Positions 38,439 through 47,584 are shown, counted from the first letter of the stretch. The stretch: DNA of 64,000 nt from Minisyncoccota bacterium (GCA_041651395.1 JBAZJI010000001.1:827920-891919); one strand, 5' to 3'. The notes: a model not told the origin generated them from the letters alone. Numbers and translations are program-made.

Positions 38439-40163
38439 TTATTTTATTTTCGTTTCCCTTTCTTTTTTAGCGTAATGGGTATGCAAAATCTTTTTACGGT
38501 TGGCTTCTTCTTTCAAATACCCATCATAGAGCGCTTGCACATCGGGATTTTTATGAGCCGAGCGCACTGGGCAAGTATTATCCGCCAATTTCAAAGCCTC
38601 AATCCGCGCTTTGCGGATTTTGGGGCTAACGGGCAGCGGATTGCCCCCCCCGCCAATACAGCCGTCATGGCAAGCCATAAACTCCACGTAATGATATAAT
38701 CCCGGATTATTTTTTATCTCCTCTAAAACCTGCACTGCGCTTTCCATGGTATTGACTGCACAGGCCCGCAGCTCAACTTTGCCGGCCTTGGCCTTGCACA
38801 CATAACAGTTTTTAATTTTGGCGTGAGGCACAAACTTAAAATCTTTCAACTCCTTGCCAGCCAAAATCTCATAAGCAGTCCGGAAAGCTGATTCGGTCAC
38901 ACCTCCGGAGCGGCCATAAATTACACCCGCCCCCGACGGCCGACAAAGTTCAGAAAGCGCCTCATCCGGGGCAATCTTGCGCAAATCAACATGATTTTTC
39001 TTAAAAACCCACGCCAATTCCCGGGTAGTCAGAACATAATCAACCGGCGCAATCCCATCAACGGCCAATTCGGGTCTTTTAATCTCATATTTTTTGGCCA
39101 CACAAGGCATAACTGTAACCACGCTCACCGCCTTAGGGCTTAAACCATTTTTGGTCGCCCAATAATTTTTCAAAAGCCCTCCCAACATTATTTGCGGACT
39201 GCGTGCACTGGTAAAATTTGGTATCCATTGTGGCGCGTAAAATTCCACCCACTTAACCCACGCCGGGCAGCAGGAGGAAAACATGGGCAAATTTTTATTT
39301 TCTTTGATGCGCCCCACCAGTTCATTAACCTCTTCGATCGTGGTCACATCCGCTCCCGAGCTTACATCAAAAACATTTTTAATGCCCATCTTTTTTAAGC
39401 CAGAAATTATATGGCCGGTTACTAGGCTGCCATGGGGCAGATTAAAAAGTTCTCCGATAGTGGCCCTAATGGCTGGGGCAAAAGCCACCAAAACAACTTT
39501 GTCTTTTTCTTTCAAAAAATCTTCGCTGTTTTCAAATTCCCCTCCCCCTTCAATAGCGCCCACCGGGCAATGAACAATGCACTGGCCGCAATAAATGCAA
39601 TCGCGTTTGCTGTCTTTAGTGGGGCAAACTTCAAAAAAATCTTCCCGCTTTTCGATATCATAAAAGCCGACCTGCTGGCGTTGGCACATTTCTACGCAAT
39701 TATGGCAATCTATACACTTATCTTGGTCAAAATGGATACTGGGACCAAAATCATAAATCGTATTTTTTTTCTTGCGCAGCGGATATTTGTTTATCTTGGC
39801 CCCAAATTGCTTGGCATAATTCAATAAGGCGCAACGGCCGCGCAAAATGCAATCATGGCATTCGATTTTATGTTGGCCTAAAATCAATTCCAAATTTTGA
39901 CGGCGCAAATGGTAAACTTGGGGTGTCTGGTAATGCACCACCATACCCTCTTTTGCCTCAACCGAGCAGGAAGTATGCACGCCTTTTTGCCCTTCAATTT
40001 CCACCAAACAAAGCCGGCAATTAGCCTTTACGCATAAATCATCGTGCTGGCAAAGCCCGGGAATATTAATGCCATTATCTCGCGCCACCTCAAAAATAGT
40101 CCGGCCGGGGGCGGTTTCGATTACTTTCTTGCCTATTGTGATTTTTATCTTGTCCTTACTCAT
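38439..40163 (-). CDS. hydA: [FeFe]-hydrogenase catalytic subunit, CpI-like M3 architecture
   Basis: 574 aa. An N-terminal 2Fe-2S domain, a His-ligated 4Fe-4S and two ferredoxin CxxCxxCxxxC motifs are present. The H-cluster motifs are SSCCPAW, MPCVAKKYE and EFMACHDGCIGGGGNP. Confidence 0.93.
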   Translation of the reverse strand: MSKDKIKITIGKKVIETAPGRTIFEVARDNGINIPGLCQHDDLCVKANCRLCLVEIEGQKGVHTSCSVEAKEGMVVHYQTPQVYHLRRQNLELILGQHKIECHDCILRGRCALLNYAKQFGAKINKYPLRKKKNTIYDFGPSIHFDQDKCIDCHNCVEMCQRQQVGFYDIEKREDFFEVCPTKDSKRDCIYCGQCIVHCPVGAIEGGGEFENSEDFLKEKDKVVLVAFAPAIRATIGELFNLPHGSLVTGHIISGLKKMGIKNVFDVSSGADVTTIEEVNELVGRIKENKNLPMFSSCCPAWVKWVEFYAPQWIPNFTSARSPQIMLGGLLKNYWATKNGLSPKAVSVVTVMPCVAKKYEIKRPELAVDGIAPVDYVLTTRELAWVFKKNHVDLRKIAPDEALSELCRPSGAGVIYGRSGGVTESAFRTAYEILAGKELKDFKFVPHAKIKNCYVCKAKAGKVELRACAVNTMESAVQVLEEIKNNPGLYHYVEFMACHDGCIGGGGNPLPVSPKIRKARIEALKLADNTCPVRSAHKNPDVQALYDGYLKEEANRKKILHTHYAKKERETKIK

Positions 40164-42309
40164 TTATTTGTTGTTCATTCTTAGGGGCTGGCCAAATTTT
40201 GCCTAGTTCGGCGGCTGCACTTTGAATATTCCGTAAATTAATCCCATCACTGAGCTTTTCTTTAGCTACTTCCCAAACTGCCCGCCCTTTTTGTAAATTT
40301 TCCCCCAATGCATTACCCTTTAAGGCCTCTATTTTTGCCAAAAATGCGCGATATTGAGCATTTTTAGACTTGTCTTTAGATACGCTTATAGCCAAATCAA
40401 TCCCAATTTTAGCCTTATCGGCGTCGCCTTCTTTTAAGAAAAAATCAGCGACTTTTTTATAAATGTCTTCAGAAAAAATTGTTCCCGCATGTAAAACATC
40501 ATCATAATATTTTTTCGCAGATGCAATATCTCCACTTTTCTCTGATGCATTGGCTGCAAGCAATACAGCTCTGTAATTGTCAGGGTCAGCTTCTAAAGAT
40601 TTTTCCAAAATCTCTTTTGCCCTTACTGTTTGCCCAAAACTATCAGCCACTTGGGCAAAAATGGAATTGGCCTGCGGATCTTTTCCAAACTTAATTAAAG
40701 CACTATCAAGCATCTCTCTGGCCTTATCCGGACTCTCGTAGTCATTCGTGCCCACTATCAAGCGTGCGGCAAGAACAGGGTCGCTCGGGTCTGCATCCGA
40801 AGCCCTTTTTCTCAGGGCAAGAGCTCTTGTGGTATCTATGCTTAAATATTCAACAGCCACATTATTTGCCACGGCCGAGAGCAAACTATTCTCCGCCGGA
40901 GCTACATGAAGGAATTCCTGCCCATATCGAAAACTAACACCTTGTTTGGATTTACCCGAAGCAATATTGATAATATCCTGCAATTCTACTTTACTGCCAT
41001 CGGGTTTTGTTCCAAATATTCGTCCACCACTAAGCTGAGAAGGAAGAGAAGTATCTGTATTTTCAACCAACCAAACTCGCCCCTCTTTGGTAGATATAAT
41101 GGAAAGAACATGACCCGGAATATGCACGAGAGCATTATCAATTCCGGCCTCTTTCATTATTTGGCCAAAAAGTGCAGTTTTACCAAGACAATTTTGCGCC
41201 CTTAACTCACTAATTTTTTGCGGGGTATCGCTTTGGGGCTCAAAATCTAAAGTCCCGATTAATTTTTTGATATTACTCGCAAAGTCCAATTCGTCTGCGC
41301 CGGCGATATCTTCGGGAAAAGAGGACCTTTTCAAATCTTGTTTGATACGCTCGCGGAAATTTTTTACATCCACCAACTCCTCTATAGGGGCTCGGCGTTC
41401 AAAATAATATTCAAGCACATTAGCGGTTTCTGAATTATTCCCGCCAATTCCGGCCAATTCCTTTTTAAGCAACCCCTTATAGCCACCCTCTTGAATGGCT
41501 ATTTCTAAATCCTGATAAGCGCGTTCCACTTCCCTGCCCAAATTACCCTGCGCCTTGGCATAAAAACGCTGCGCAACGGAGGGCGCTTCTTTCGAGTTAA
41601 TTCTTTCTGAATTTTGGCGGCCGCCTTTTTCGGCCAAATGGAAATACTGTGCTAAAGTTTCCAAACGCTTCACCTCCAAAGCCTCCTCTTGTAACTCTTT
41701 GGGCAGAACCTCAATGGCTGCTGTACGCTTTTTATAGAGATCCTCTCCGGCTAGCCATTTATCAAGATGCTTAGTTTCCTGGTCGCTTAAGGGTATCTCG
41801 GCAATAATCTTAAGCCACTCGTTATTATCTTCGGCAGAAAGCGGCCGAACCATTTCCTCCCCCAGAGCCTTCTGTCCGTATTCAAAAAACTCTTCCGCCG
41901 TCTTTTCGGCCATGCCGCGGCCATTGCCGATATTTTCCGCGCGCTTAGCGATATAAACTCCAGCATTGCGGAAATTCTCGCCATATTCACGAACTTGTTC
42001 CTGCCACTGCTCCTGCATTTCGGGATCGCCTTCATAAACATCTAAAGCGACCTTCCCGGTGATTTTGGGCATTTCGTAAAACTTCATGTCGCGAGGCACA
42101 TGCAAAACTTTTTTCTCGTCCTTCAGTGAAAGAGGCTGTTCTTTATATTCTTTTTCCCATTGGGGCCGCTCCAAAACATCCAGTTCTATATAGCTGTTTA
42201 TCCTGCACCAATCCTCCATCAAATAGCGGGAAAATGGCTGGGATAATAACTCCCTTTCAGCCATCTTCTCCATTCCCAAACCGATTTTTTGTTCGGGTTT
42301 TTTTTCCAT
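40156..42309 (-). CDS. cytosolic 717-aa protein: transglutaminase-like Cys-His-Asp core (tentative) plus C-terminal TPR-like repeats
   Basis: No signal peptide. ..AQNCLGKTALF..x25..IPGHVLSII..x10..WLVENTD has C/H/D spacing like the transglutaminase-like fold. The C-terminal ~230 aa are helical repeats. The start abuts the upstream stop, and the 3' end overlaps the hydA start by 8 nt. Confidence 0.8.
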   Translation of the reverse strand: MEKKPEQKIGLGMEKMAERELLSQPFSRYLMEDWCRINSYIELDVLERPQWEKEYKEQPLSLKDEKKVLHVPRDMKFYEMPKITGKVALDVYEGDPEMQEQWQEQVREYGENFRNAGVYIAKRAENIGNGRGMAEKTAEEFFEYGQKALGEEMVRPLSAEDNNEWLKIIAEIPLSDQETKHLDKWLAGEDLYKKRTAAIEVLPKELQEEALEVKRLETLAQYFHLAEKGGRQNSERINSKEAPSVAQRFYAKAQGNLGREVERAYQDLEIAIQEGGYKGLLKKELAGIGGNNSETANVLEYYFERRAPIEELVDVKNFRERIKQDLKRSSFPEDIAGADELDFASNIKKLIGTLDFEPQSDTPQKISELRAQNCLGKTALFGQIMKEAGIDNALVHIPGHVLSIISTKEGRVWLVENTDTSLPSQLSGGRIFGTKPDGSKVELQDIINIASGKSKQGVSFRYGQEFLHVAPAENSLLSAVANNVAVEYLSIDTTRALALRKRASDADPSDPVLAARLIVGTNDYESPDKAREMLDSALIKFGKDPQANSIFAQVADSFGQTVRAKEILEKSLEADPDNYRAVLLAANASEKSGDIASAKKYYDDVLHAGTIFSEDIYKKVADFFLKEGDADKAKIGIDLAISVSKDKSKNAQYRAFLAKIEALKGNALGENLQKGRAVWEVAKEKLSDGINLRNIQSAAAELGKIWPAPKNEQQINE

Positions 42310-43296
42310 TTACTTTTTCATCACCTTGCGCAATAGCCCGCGAAAAGGTAAAGGTATACCCTTACCCAACGGGCAGAAACTGGCCTTTTCTAAAGTGTCC
42401 AACATTTTATAAAGCTCCGGATAATCGATTTTATTGTTTAGAACCATTTCTAAAATCCGGTGCGCGACCTCACGACAAGGCGTGCATTTATCGCAATTTT
42501 CGTTGGTGAAAAACTGCGCCCACTCCTGCATTAAAAATATCGGATCAGTCTTTTGCTTATTAAAAACCACTATAGCCCCGGCGCCCTCTACCAATTTATT
42601 AACCAATTCCTCTTTAAGATAAATTGCCCCGCTGGCCCCGCCGCCGCACTGGATAAAAAAGTCTTCGTCCAACCAATTACCCGTCTGGCTTAAAATTTGC
42701 TTAATGGGCATATTCAACTCCACTTCATAAACGCCGGGGTTGGGAATGTCTCCGGAAATTGTGGCAAAACGCGTATTTTTATATTCGCCTTTGGCAATTT
42801 TAGAAACGCAATAAAATGTCTCGATATTATTTATCAAAGTTGGCTGCCCAAAAAGACCGCAAGTGGTCGGATAAGGCGGTTTAAGCCTGGGTTCTTGGAA
42901 CTTGCCCTCAATAGTATTGAGCATGGCCGTCTCCTCTCCCCCGATATAGTAACCTTCTTTGCGGAATTGCTTAATAGGCAAATTGCCGATATAGCGATGC
43001 AGATGCTGGGAATAGGAATGGAAGTAATCGTGATTCAAATAAATATAAGCTTCGCTCTTGCCCAAAAATTCCAAAGCGATTTTAAGACCATTTATCAAAT
43101 CTTCCGGATGGTTTTCGATGATGAATTTATCTTTGGCTACTTTTGGTTCGCCTTCGCTGCCATTAGCGACAATATATTTATAATCAGCCTTGGCTTCTTT
43201 AACCATCTGCCATTTTTGCCAAACAGGAAAACCCGCCCCTCCCCGGCCGCGTAAATCCGCTTTCTTTAATTTTTCGATAATTGAGCCTCCAAACAT
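42310..43296 (-). CDS. short NuoF/HndC-like NAD(P)H-FMN-[4Fe-4S] subunit
   Basis: 328 aa. It has RGRGGAGFPVWQKW (the FMN/NADH site) and CDKCTPCREV...FCPLGKG (an N3-type cluster). It lacks the extra Trx-like and ferredoxin domains of HydB/HndC. Confidence 0.85.
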   Translation of the reverse strand: MFGGSIIEKLKKADLRGRGGAGFPVWQKWQMVKEAKADYKYIVANGSEGEPKVAKDKFIIENHPEDLINGLKIALEFLGKSEAYIYLNHDYFHSYSQHLHRYIGNLPIKQFRKEGYYIGGEETAMLNTIEGKFQEPRLKPPYPTTCGLFGQPTLINNIETFYCVSKIAKGEYKNTRFATISGDIPNPGVYEVELNMPIKQILSQTGNWLDEDFFIQCGGGASGAIYLKEELVNKLVEGAGAIVVFNKQKTDPIFLMQEWAQFFTNENCDKCTPCREVAHRILEMVLNNKIDYPELYKMLDTLEKASFCPLGKGIPLPFRGLLRKVMKK

Positions 43297-43332
43297 ACAA
43301 AATAAAATGTCTGATATCTAATTATTGTTGCT

Positions 43333-44028
43333 TCATTCGCCTTCACTGATTGATTGCTCTGCCTCCTCCAACTGCTTCTTTTTTTCTTTTTCCTCCTTTT
43401 CCTTTTTTTTCTTGAGGTCGCCTTCCCTATCTTCTACCTGCTTACCTTGCGCAATTTCTTTGGCCACGGTTTCGAATAGTTTGGCCCGCGACATTATTTG
43501 GCCCTTATAGAGCGGGGCCGTGGCATCAGCCCACTCCAAATGCCGGCTTAAAATCGGATTGATTTTATTCTTCAAATCATTATTAGTTGTCTGGCTACCA
43601 TAATAGCTAGCTACCCCCTCCTTGATTGACGAAGCCAAATCTATTTGCCCCTCAGGGCCTCGCGCCAAGCTGGAACCGATACTGTGTGAAATTTCACGAA
43701 TAAGCCTATCGTCTGGCACAAAATTTTTGGCTTCTTCGGGCGAGATCTTCTTTGCCTCAGCAAAAAATTCCAACATAAATTTGCGCACAGCTTTAGCCGC
43801 CTCTTTTTTGACAATGGGCGCGCCAAGCATCTCATTTCCCGGCTCTTTGGCTAGCGAATCCAGATGGTCGGAAAAGGCCCTTTTATTCATGGACTTCATC
43901 TCGATATAGGAAAAATCCAATTTCTCTGGTTTCTCCATTACGGCCCCTCCTTCCTCAGTTGCCGGGACCGCTGATTCCTTTTTATTAACATTAGGCTCCA
44001 TGGTTTTTCTGATTAAATTCCAAAACAC
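43333..44028 (-). CDS. hypothetical protein with poly-Lys/Glu C-terminus
   Basis: 231-aa ORF (GTG 44028, alternative ATG 44001) that is the first gene of the minus-strand block. I recognise no motifs. Confidence 0.65.
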   Translation of the reverse strand: MFWNLIRKTMEPNVNKKESAVPATEEGGAVMEKPEKLDFSYIEMKSMNKRAFSDHLDSLAKEPGNEMLGAPIVKKEAAKAVRKFMLEFFAEAKKISPEEAKNFVPDDRLIREISHSIGSSLARGPEGQIDLASSIKEGVASYYGSQTTNNDLKNKINPILSRHLEWADATAPLYKGQIMSRAKLFETVAKEIAQGKQVEDREGDLKKKKEKEEKEKKKQLEEAEQSISEGE

Positions 44029-44129
44029 GCAAACCTTTTGCGCTTTCTTCTAAATTATACAAAAATTGCCCATGCTCTGCTAATTTTTTTTCAACAGTTA
44101 ATAAGCCAAAAGTCAGAAATAATATTTTA

Positions 44130-44158
44130 TTGACAAATTTACGAAAAAATATTATAAT
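44130..44158 (+). promoter_or_regulatory. consensus sigma70 promoter
   Basis: TTGACA (44130-35), 17-nt spacer, TATAAT (44153-58), 32 nt upstream of the TTG start. Confidence 0.75.
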
Positions 44159-44190
44159 TTTTTACATTAAAAACTGCAAGGAGGATAAAT

Positions 44191-45036
44191 TTGATAAAAG
44201 AGATAGTCGAAAAAACACTCTTAGCTGCCCATGCCAGCCTGGCAAGATTGGGGCCAACTGGGCTAACACCCAAAGAAAAAAATCGATTCGGCGAAACATG
44301 CCTGCAGGCCGATTGGGAGTGCGAAGAAGCCGTTATCAGTTATTTGAGGCGAGAAAATTTTGCCGCCCGAATCATTAGCGAAGAACACGGCGCCATTGAT
44401 CTTACGCCTAACCCTTTTTATACCTGCATACTCGATGGGCTGGATGGCACGCGCCAATACCAGGCCGATCGCAAAAAAGGAATTTATGGCACTATCTTAG
44501 GCATTTTCCACGGCCTTGACCCCCACTACAATGATTACGCAGCCGGCGGAGCAATAATCCATAGCCAAAATACCCTTATTACATATGTAAAAAACGAGGG
44601 CGTGGACGTTTGCCGCCAAATGCTTACCAAAAACCATTACAATATTCCCCCGCTTATTGTCGATTCCCTCAGTGAATTGGTCAGCCGACAGAGGCCAATT
44701 TTTGTCGATGAGCCATGGGAGGCCAACCAAATTGCTTTTGTCAAACCACTTGAAAAAAGAGGATACACGATTAGTGATCTGGGGAGCTCCACCGCTTCTT
44801 ACACTGCTATTGCCTTAGGCGAGGCTGACCTGGTGCTGGAATGCACGCGCAAAGATAACCTCGAAATCGCGGCATTTTACGGCCTTATTACCGAACTTCA
44901 AGGCCTAATGGTTACCCTAGATGGCCAACCGCTCGGCGAACAAAAATACACAAAATTCGGACAAAAAGACCATATTCCGGTTATCACCTGCACTAATAAA
45001 AGCCTCTTATATGACCTCCTTTGGACGATCACCTAA
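44191..45036 (+). CDS. inositol monophosphatase / FBPase-family phosphatase
   Basis: 281 aa. The TTG start lies 6 nt after AAGGAGG. The metal motifs are ISEEHG and LDGLDGT, with a C-terminal ..GSSTASYTAIALGEADL.. motif. Confidence 0.88.
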   Translation: MIKEIVEKTLLAAHASLARLGPTGLTPKEKNRFGETCLQADWECEEAVISYLRRENFAARIISEEHGAIDLTPNPFYTCILDGLDGTRQYQADRKKGIYGTILGIFHGLDPHYNDYAAGGAIIHSQNTLITYVKNEGVDVCRQMLTKNHYNIPPLIVDSLSELVSRQRPIFVDEPWEANQIAFVKPLEKRGYTISDLGSSTASYTAIALGEADLVLECTRKDNLEIAAFYGLITELQGLMVTLDGQPLGEQKYTKFGQKDHIPVITCTNKSLLYDLLWTIT

Positions 45037-45061
45037 TCCACAATATAGCTGTGGATTTTTT
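45035..45061 (+). terminator. intrinsic terminator
   Basis: aatccaca-atatagc-tgtggatt followed by a T-run. The stop codon lies inside the stem. Confidence 0.75.
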
Positions 45062-45063
45062 AG

Positions 45064-45091
45064 TTGACGGCCTATTTTACGGTGGTAAAAT
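45064..45091 (+). promoter_or_regulatory. sigma70 promoter with extended -10
   Basis: TTGACG (45064-69), 16-nt spacer, TGgTAAAAT (45083-91). Confidence 0.65.
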
Positions 45092-45128
45092 AGTTTAGCT
45101 CTCAAAAAATCTTTATAAGGAGGTAAAG

Positions 45129-45749
45129 ATGGAAAGAATTTTAGATTTTAATACCAAGAAGGTCGTCTGTTCCAAAAATGGACACGATCTGTTTGACATG
45201 GTTTTTACTGCTGAGAATGGCGAAACGTTCGAATATACCGGCATCAACCAAAAACCCTGGTCAGTAATCTTTGCCCTTAAAGAAACGCGTATTTCCCGGA
45301 GGACAGAATTCGACGTTGTTGTGGTGGAAAGCTTTGTTCCTTTTGCCCAGAAAAGAATGATGAGGTTGCCAGCTATTAGTTTTAGCTCTAAAAATCTTGG
45401 CCCGATCAAGGCCGCGGCCAAAGCCTTAAGAAAAAGAACTGGATATGAGTGCGATGAAAAAAACATCATTCCCCTCTCTCCGGTCCTCATGTCCTCTACC
45501 CATTCCGAAACGCAAATCTATTGTTTTTTGGCTGAAAGATGCGTGAAGCGCGAAGAAATTGTCTCGGAGTTCCCCTTTTACCCAACAGTCCACTGGATGT
45601 CATTTAATTTGTGGCTAGACATGATCAAATTGAACAAGATTATTGAATCCTCTTCGATTATGGCCACCCATCTTGCCATGGAAAACAAGCCCGAGCTTTA
45701 CGAATATCGCCTCGAATACCTCGACAACAAAAAAAATATGCGGGATTGA
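45129..45749 (+). CDS. Nudix-fold (ADP-ribose pyrophosphatase-like) protein with degenerate Nudix box
   Basis: 206 aa with AAGGAGG upstream. The NudF-like layout is ..VVVVESFVPFAQKRMMRLPAISFSS..GPIKAAAKALRKRTGYEC.. Here the REx2EE Glu residues are replaced (KALRKRTG). Confidence 0.8.
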   Translation: MERILDFNTKKVVCSKNGHDLFDMVFTAENGETFEYTGINQKPWSVIFALKETRISRRTEFDVVVVESFVPFAQKRMMRLPAISFSSKNLGPIKAAAKALRKRTGYECDEKNIIPLSPVLMSSTHSETQIYCFLAERCVKREEIVSEFPFYPTVHWMSFNLWLDMIKLNKIIESSSIMATHLAMENKPELYEYRLEYLDNKKNMRD

Positions 45750-45765
45750 TTTATTATTCCCGCTC

Positions 45766-45790
45766 AGCTCCACATAAAATGGAGCTTTTT
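45766..45790 (+). terminator. intrinsic terminator
   Basis: agctcc-acataaaat-ggagct followed by TTTT. Confidence 0.65.
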
Positions 45791-45791
45791 A

Positions 45792-45820
45792 TTGCTAAAT
45801 TTTCATGGTTATGCTATGAT
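45792..45820 (+). promoter_or_regulatory. sigma70-like promoter for tRNA-Pro(CGG)
   Basis: TTGCTA, 17-nt spacer, TATGAT (45815-20), 38 nt upstream of the tRNA. Confidence 0.5.
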
Positions 45821-45858
45821 GTTTTACCCGCAAAATCATTTCCCGTTAGTAATTCTAG

Positions 45859-45929
45859 CGGGGCGTCGTACAGTGGTAGTACACACGTTTCGGGTGCGTG
45901 AGGTCCGAGTTCGATTCTCGGCGCCCCGA
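45859..45929 (+). tRNA. tRNA-Pro (anticodon CGG)
   Basis: Acceptor CGGGGCG/CGCCCCG, D-arm GTAC-AGTGGTA-GTAC, anticodon arm CACGT-TTCGGGT-GCGTG, T-arm CCGAG-TTCGATT-CTCGG. No CCA is encoded. Confidence 0.9.
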
Positions 45930-45936
45930 CAAAGAC

Positions 45937-45960
45937 AACAGGCATTATTGCCTGTTTTTG
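45937..45960 (+). terminator. intrinsic terminator
   Basis: aacaggca-ttat-tgcctgtt followed by a T-run. Confidence 0.75.
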
Positions 45961-46044
45961 TTTTCATCTTCGCCAAGGCAACGGCGGATGGCCAAAAAAA
46001 TCAAAAAGCCGAAAAACCATTCATTTTATTAGACATTTCGTTTA

Positions 46045-46073
46045 TTGATTTTTGAGCATTTTTATACTATAAT
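46045..46073 (+). promoter_or_regulatory. sigma70 promoter
   Basis: TTGATT (46045-50), 17-nt spacer, TATAAT (46068-73). Confidence 0.7.
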
Positions 46074-46122
46074 ATATATTGTAGTTATCAGCTACAATTT
46101 CACAATCAAATAAGGAGGATAA

Positions 46123-46371
46123 ATGAATATGTTAAAAATCTTTAGCGGATTGGCCATAGCAGCGCTCGCCAGCATACTGTTTTACAGCATTCGCTGTATG
46201 GTTCTTATCATAGCGCACTGGTCACAATTTCCGGCAGAAGTCACAAGGAGTCTCCCCGGCCTGTTGTTGGGGCTAACAGCCATTAGCATCTGCACCATCT
46301 TGATGATCTACTTGTTTTTATACCTTGGCTTTGATGTTAATCTTATAAAATCTAGACCAAAAAATAACTAG
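46123..46371 (+). CDS. small membrane protein, 2 TM, orphan
   Basis: 82 aa. AAGGAGG is upstream (the second ATG, 46129, is also possible). There are two hydrophobic helices. Confidence 0.75.
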   Translation: MNMLKIFSGLAIAALASILFYSIRCMVLIIAHWSQFPAEVTRSLPGLLLGLTAISICTILMIYLFLYLGFDVNLIKSRPKNN

Positions 46372-46408
46372 CAACAATATTCAAGAAAGGCATCACTAAG
46401 GAGGAAAA

Positions 46409-46840
46409 ATGAACGAACTGCTCAAAAAAGTGATTTCCGGCCCCGCGCTTGTCGCGGCAGTCGGCCAGGCGATTTCCGAATTTAATTTGCAGGTAAGCTC
46501 TACCTTCCCTTCCAACTCCAATACTCGCTATATTGTAAAAGCAGTAATTGAGGCTGATAAGAAGGAATCTGCCCATGTATTTACTATATATAGGCAGACT
46601 AAAGCCAGTAATGGCAAAATAACATCTCAAGCATATGCTTCTTGCATTGTAATGCAGGGCGAGCTAGAGATAAACCCAGAAGATGAAATCCACCAAGTAA
46701 CACTTGCACTTCATACGGGTCCTAAAACGGCCTGCCACTGGGAAAGACTTACGCAATATGTCTGGGAGGAGATTGCGGCCAAATACTCAAACGTCGAAGT
46801 TGTCAAAACCATTGATAAAGGTGCTGATTACGAAGCGTAG
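46409..46840 (+). CDS. hypothetical cytosolic protein, orphan
   Basis: 143 aa. AAGGAGG is 5 nt upstream of the ATG. I recognise no motif. Confidence 0.75.
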   Translation: MNELLKKVISGPALVAAVGQAISEFNLQVSSTFPSNSNTRYIVKAVIEADKKESAHVFTIYRQTKASNGKITSQAYASCIVMQGELEINPEDEIHQVTLALHTGPKTACHWERLTQYVWEEIAAKYSNVEVVKTIDKGADYEA

Positions 46841-46872
46841 CTGTCCCCTATCCTTTGTCCTCTGTTCCTTAT

Positions 46873-46891
46873 GCGCCCACAATGTGGGCGC
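46873..46891 (+). terminator. GC hairpin, probable terminator
   Basis: gcgcccac-aat-gtgggcgc followed by cTTTacgTTT (a weak U-tract). Confidence 0.45.
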
Positions 46892-46892
46892 C

Positions 46893-46921
46893 TTTACGTT
46901 TATGCAATATTGGGCTAAAAT
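46893..46921 (+). promoter_or_regulatory. sigma70-like promoter
   Basis: TTTACG, 17-nt spacer, TAAAAT (46916-21). Confidence 0.45.
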
Positions 46922-47072
46922 GCCACATTTAGTATTATTTACAATATATTGTGGCGAAAGACGAAAGCATAGAAAACCTAGTGTTAATTTTGGTCTGAAT
47001 GTAATTGGCAGTAGTTTAGCCTTTATTTTGCATATTTTTTGGCCAAATTTTTCATGGGAAAAAAGGAGGAAA

Positions 47073-47348
47073 ATGTATAATCCAGAAAATCGCGAACGAC
47101 GCAAATATTTGATTGTCCCTCTTGTTATCCTTGCTGTTTCTTTAGCAATAAGCTTGTTTGCCAAATACAGCGCAGAAATTCCAGCTTGGAAAATATTCTA
47201 TGTTTCGAGTGGAAATTTCTGGTATTTGTTTTGGGTAATCGTTGGGACAATCGCTTTTTCGCTAAGCTTTGTTTCGGCCCTAACCATTGTTGGTTATTTG
47301 GTCTACAAATTGTCCTGCTGGCTTTTTCTCAAAAAAGAGAAAATATAA
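47073..47348 (+). CDS. small membrane protein, 2 TM, orphan
   Basis: 91 aa from ATG 47073, with AAGGAGG 4 nt upstream. The track ORF 46704-47348 has an implausible 123-aa leader running through the terminator and promoter. Confidence 0.75.
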   Translation: MYNPENRERRKYLIVPLVILAVSLAISLFAKYSAEIPAWKIFYVSSGNFWYLFWVIVGTIAFSLSFVSALTIVGYLVYKLSCWLFLKKEKI

Positions 47349-47351
47349 CAC

Positions 47352-47374
47352 ACCTCGCAAAGCGAGGTTTTTTG
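47352..47374 (+). terminator. intrinsic terminator
   Basis: acctcgc-aaa-gcgaggt followed by TTTTTT. Confidence 0.8.
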
Positions 47375-47556
47375 TTGTGCGAGAAAGATTGATTAAGGAC
47401 AAATAGCGGACATGGCGAACCAACTAAAATTATCAGAAAAATAATTCCGAAAATAAACCCAAGCGACAAACTAAATCATAGAGTATTAAAGCAAAAAATA
47501 TTAATAATTTTTAATCTAGAAAAACCCAAAATTTCCTATGAAACAAAACACTCAAG

Positions 47557-47584
47557 TTGACATGAAAAATTTTACATGTATAAT
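47557..47584 (+). promoter_or_regulatory. sigma70 promoter
   Basis: TTGACA (47557-62), 16-nt spacer, TATAAT (47579-84). Confidence 0.7.

Noticed and set aside
45792-46055. 87-aa plus-strand ORF
   Set aside because: It starts at the -35 box TTGCTA and runs through tRNA-Pro(CGG) and its terminator. It has no SD and is spurious.
47349-47556. ~210-nt AT-rich non-coding gap scanned for an sRNA or small ORF
   Set aside because: It contains only a 10-codon ORF and no convincing stem-loops or promoter-terminator pair. The recurring ctagaaaaac motif (47515, 47610, 53362) is too short and A-rich to interpret.
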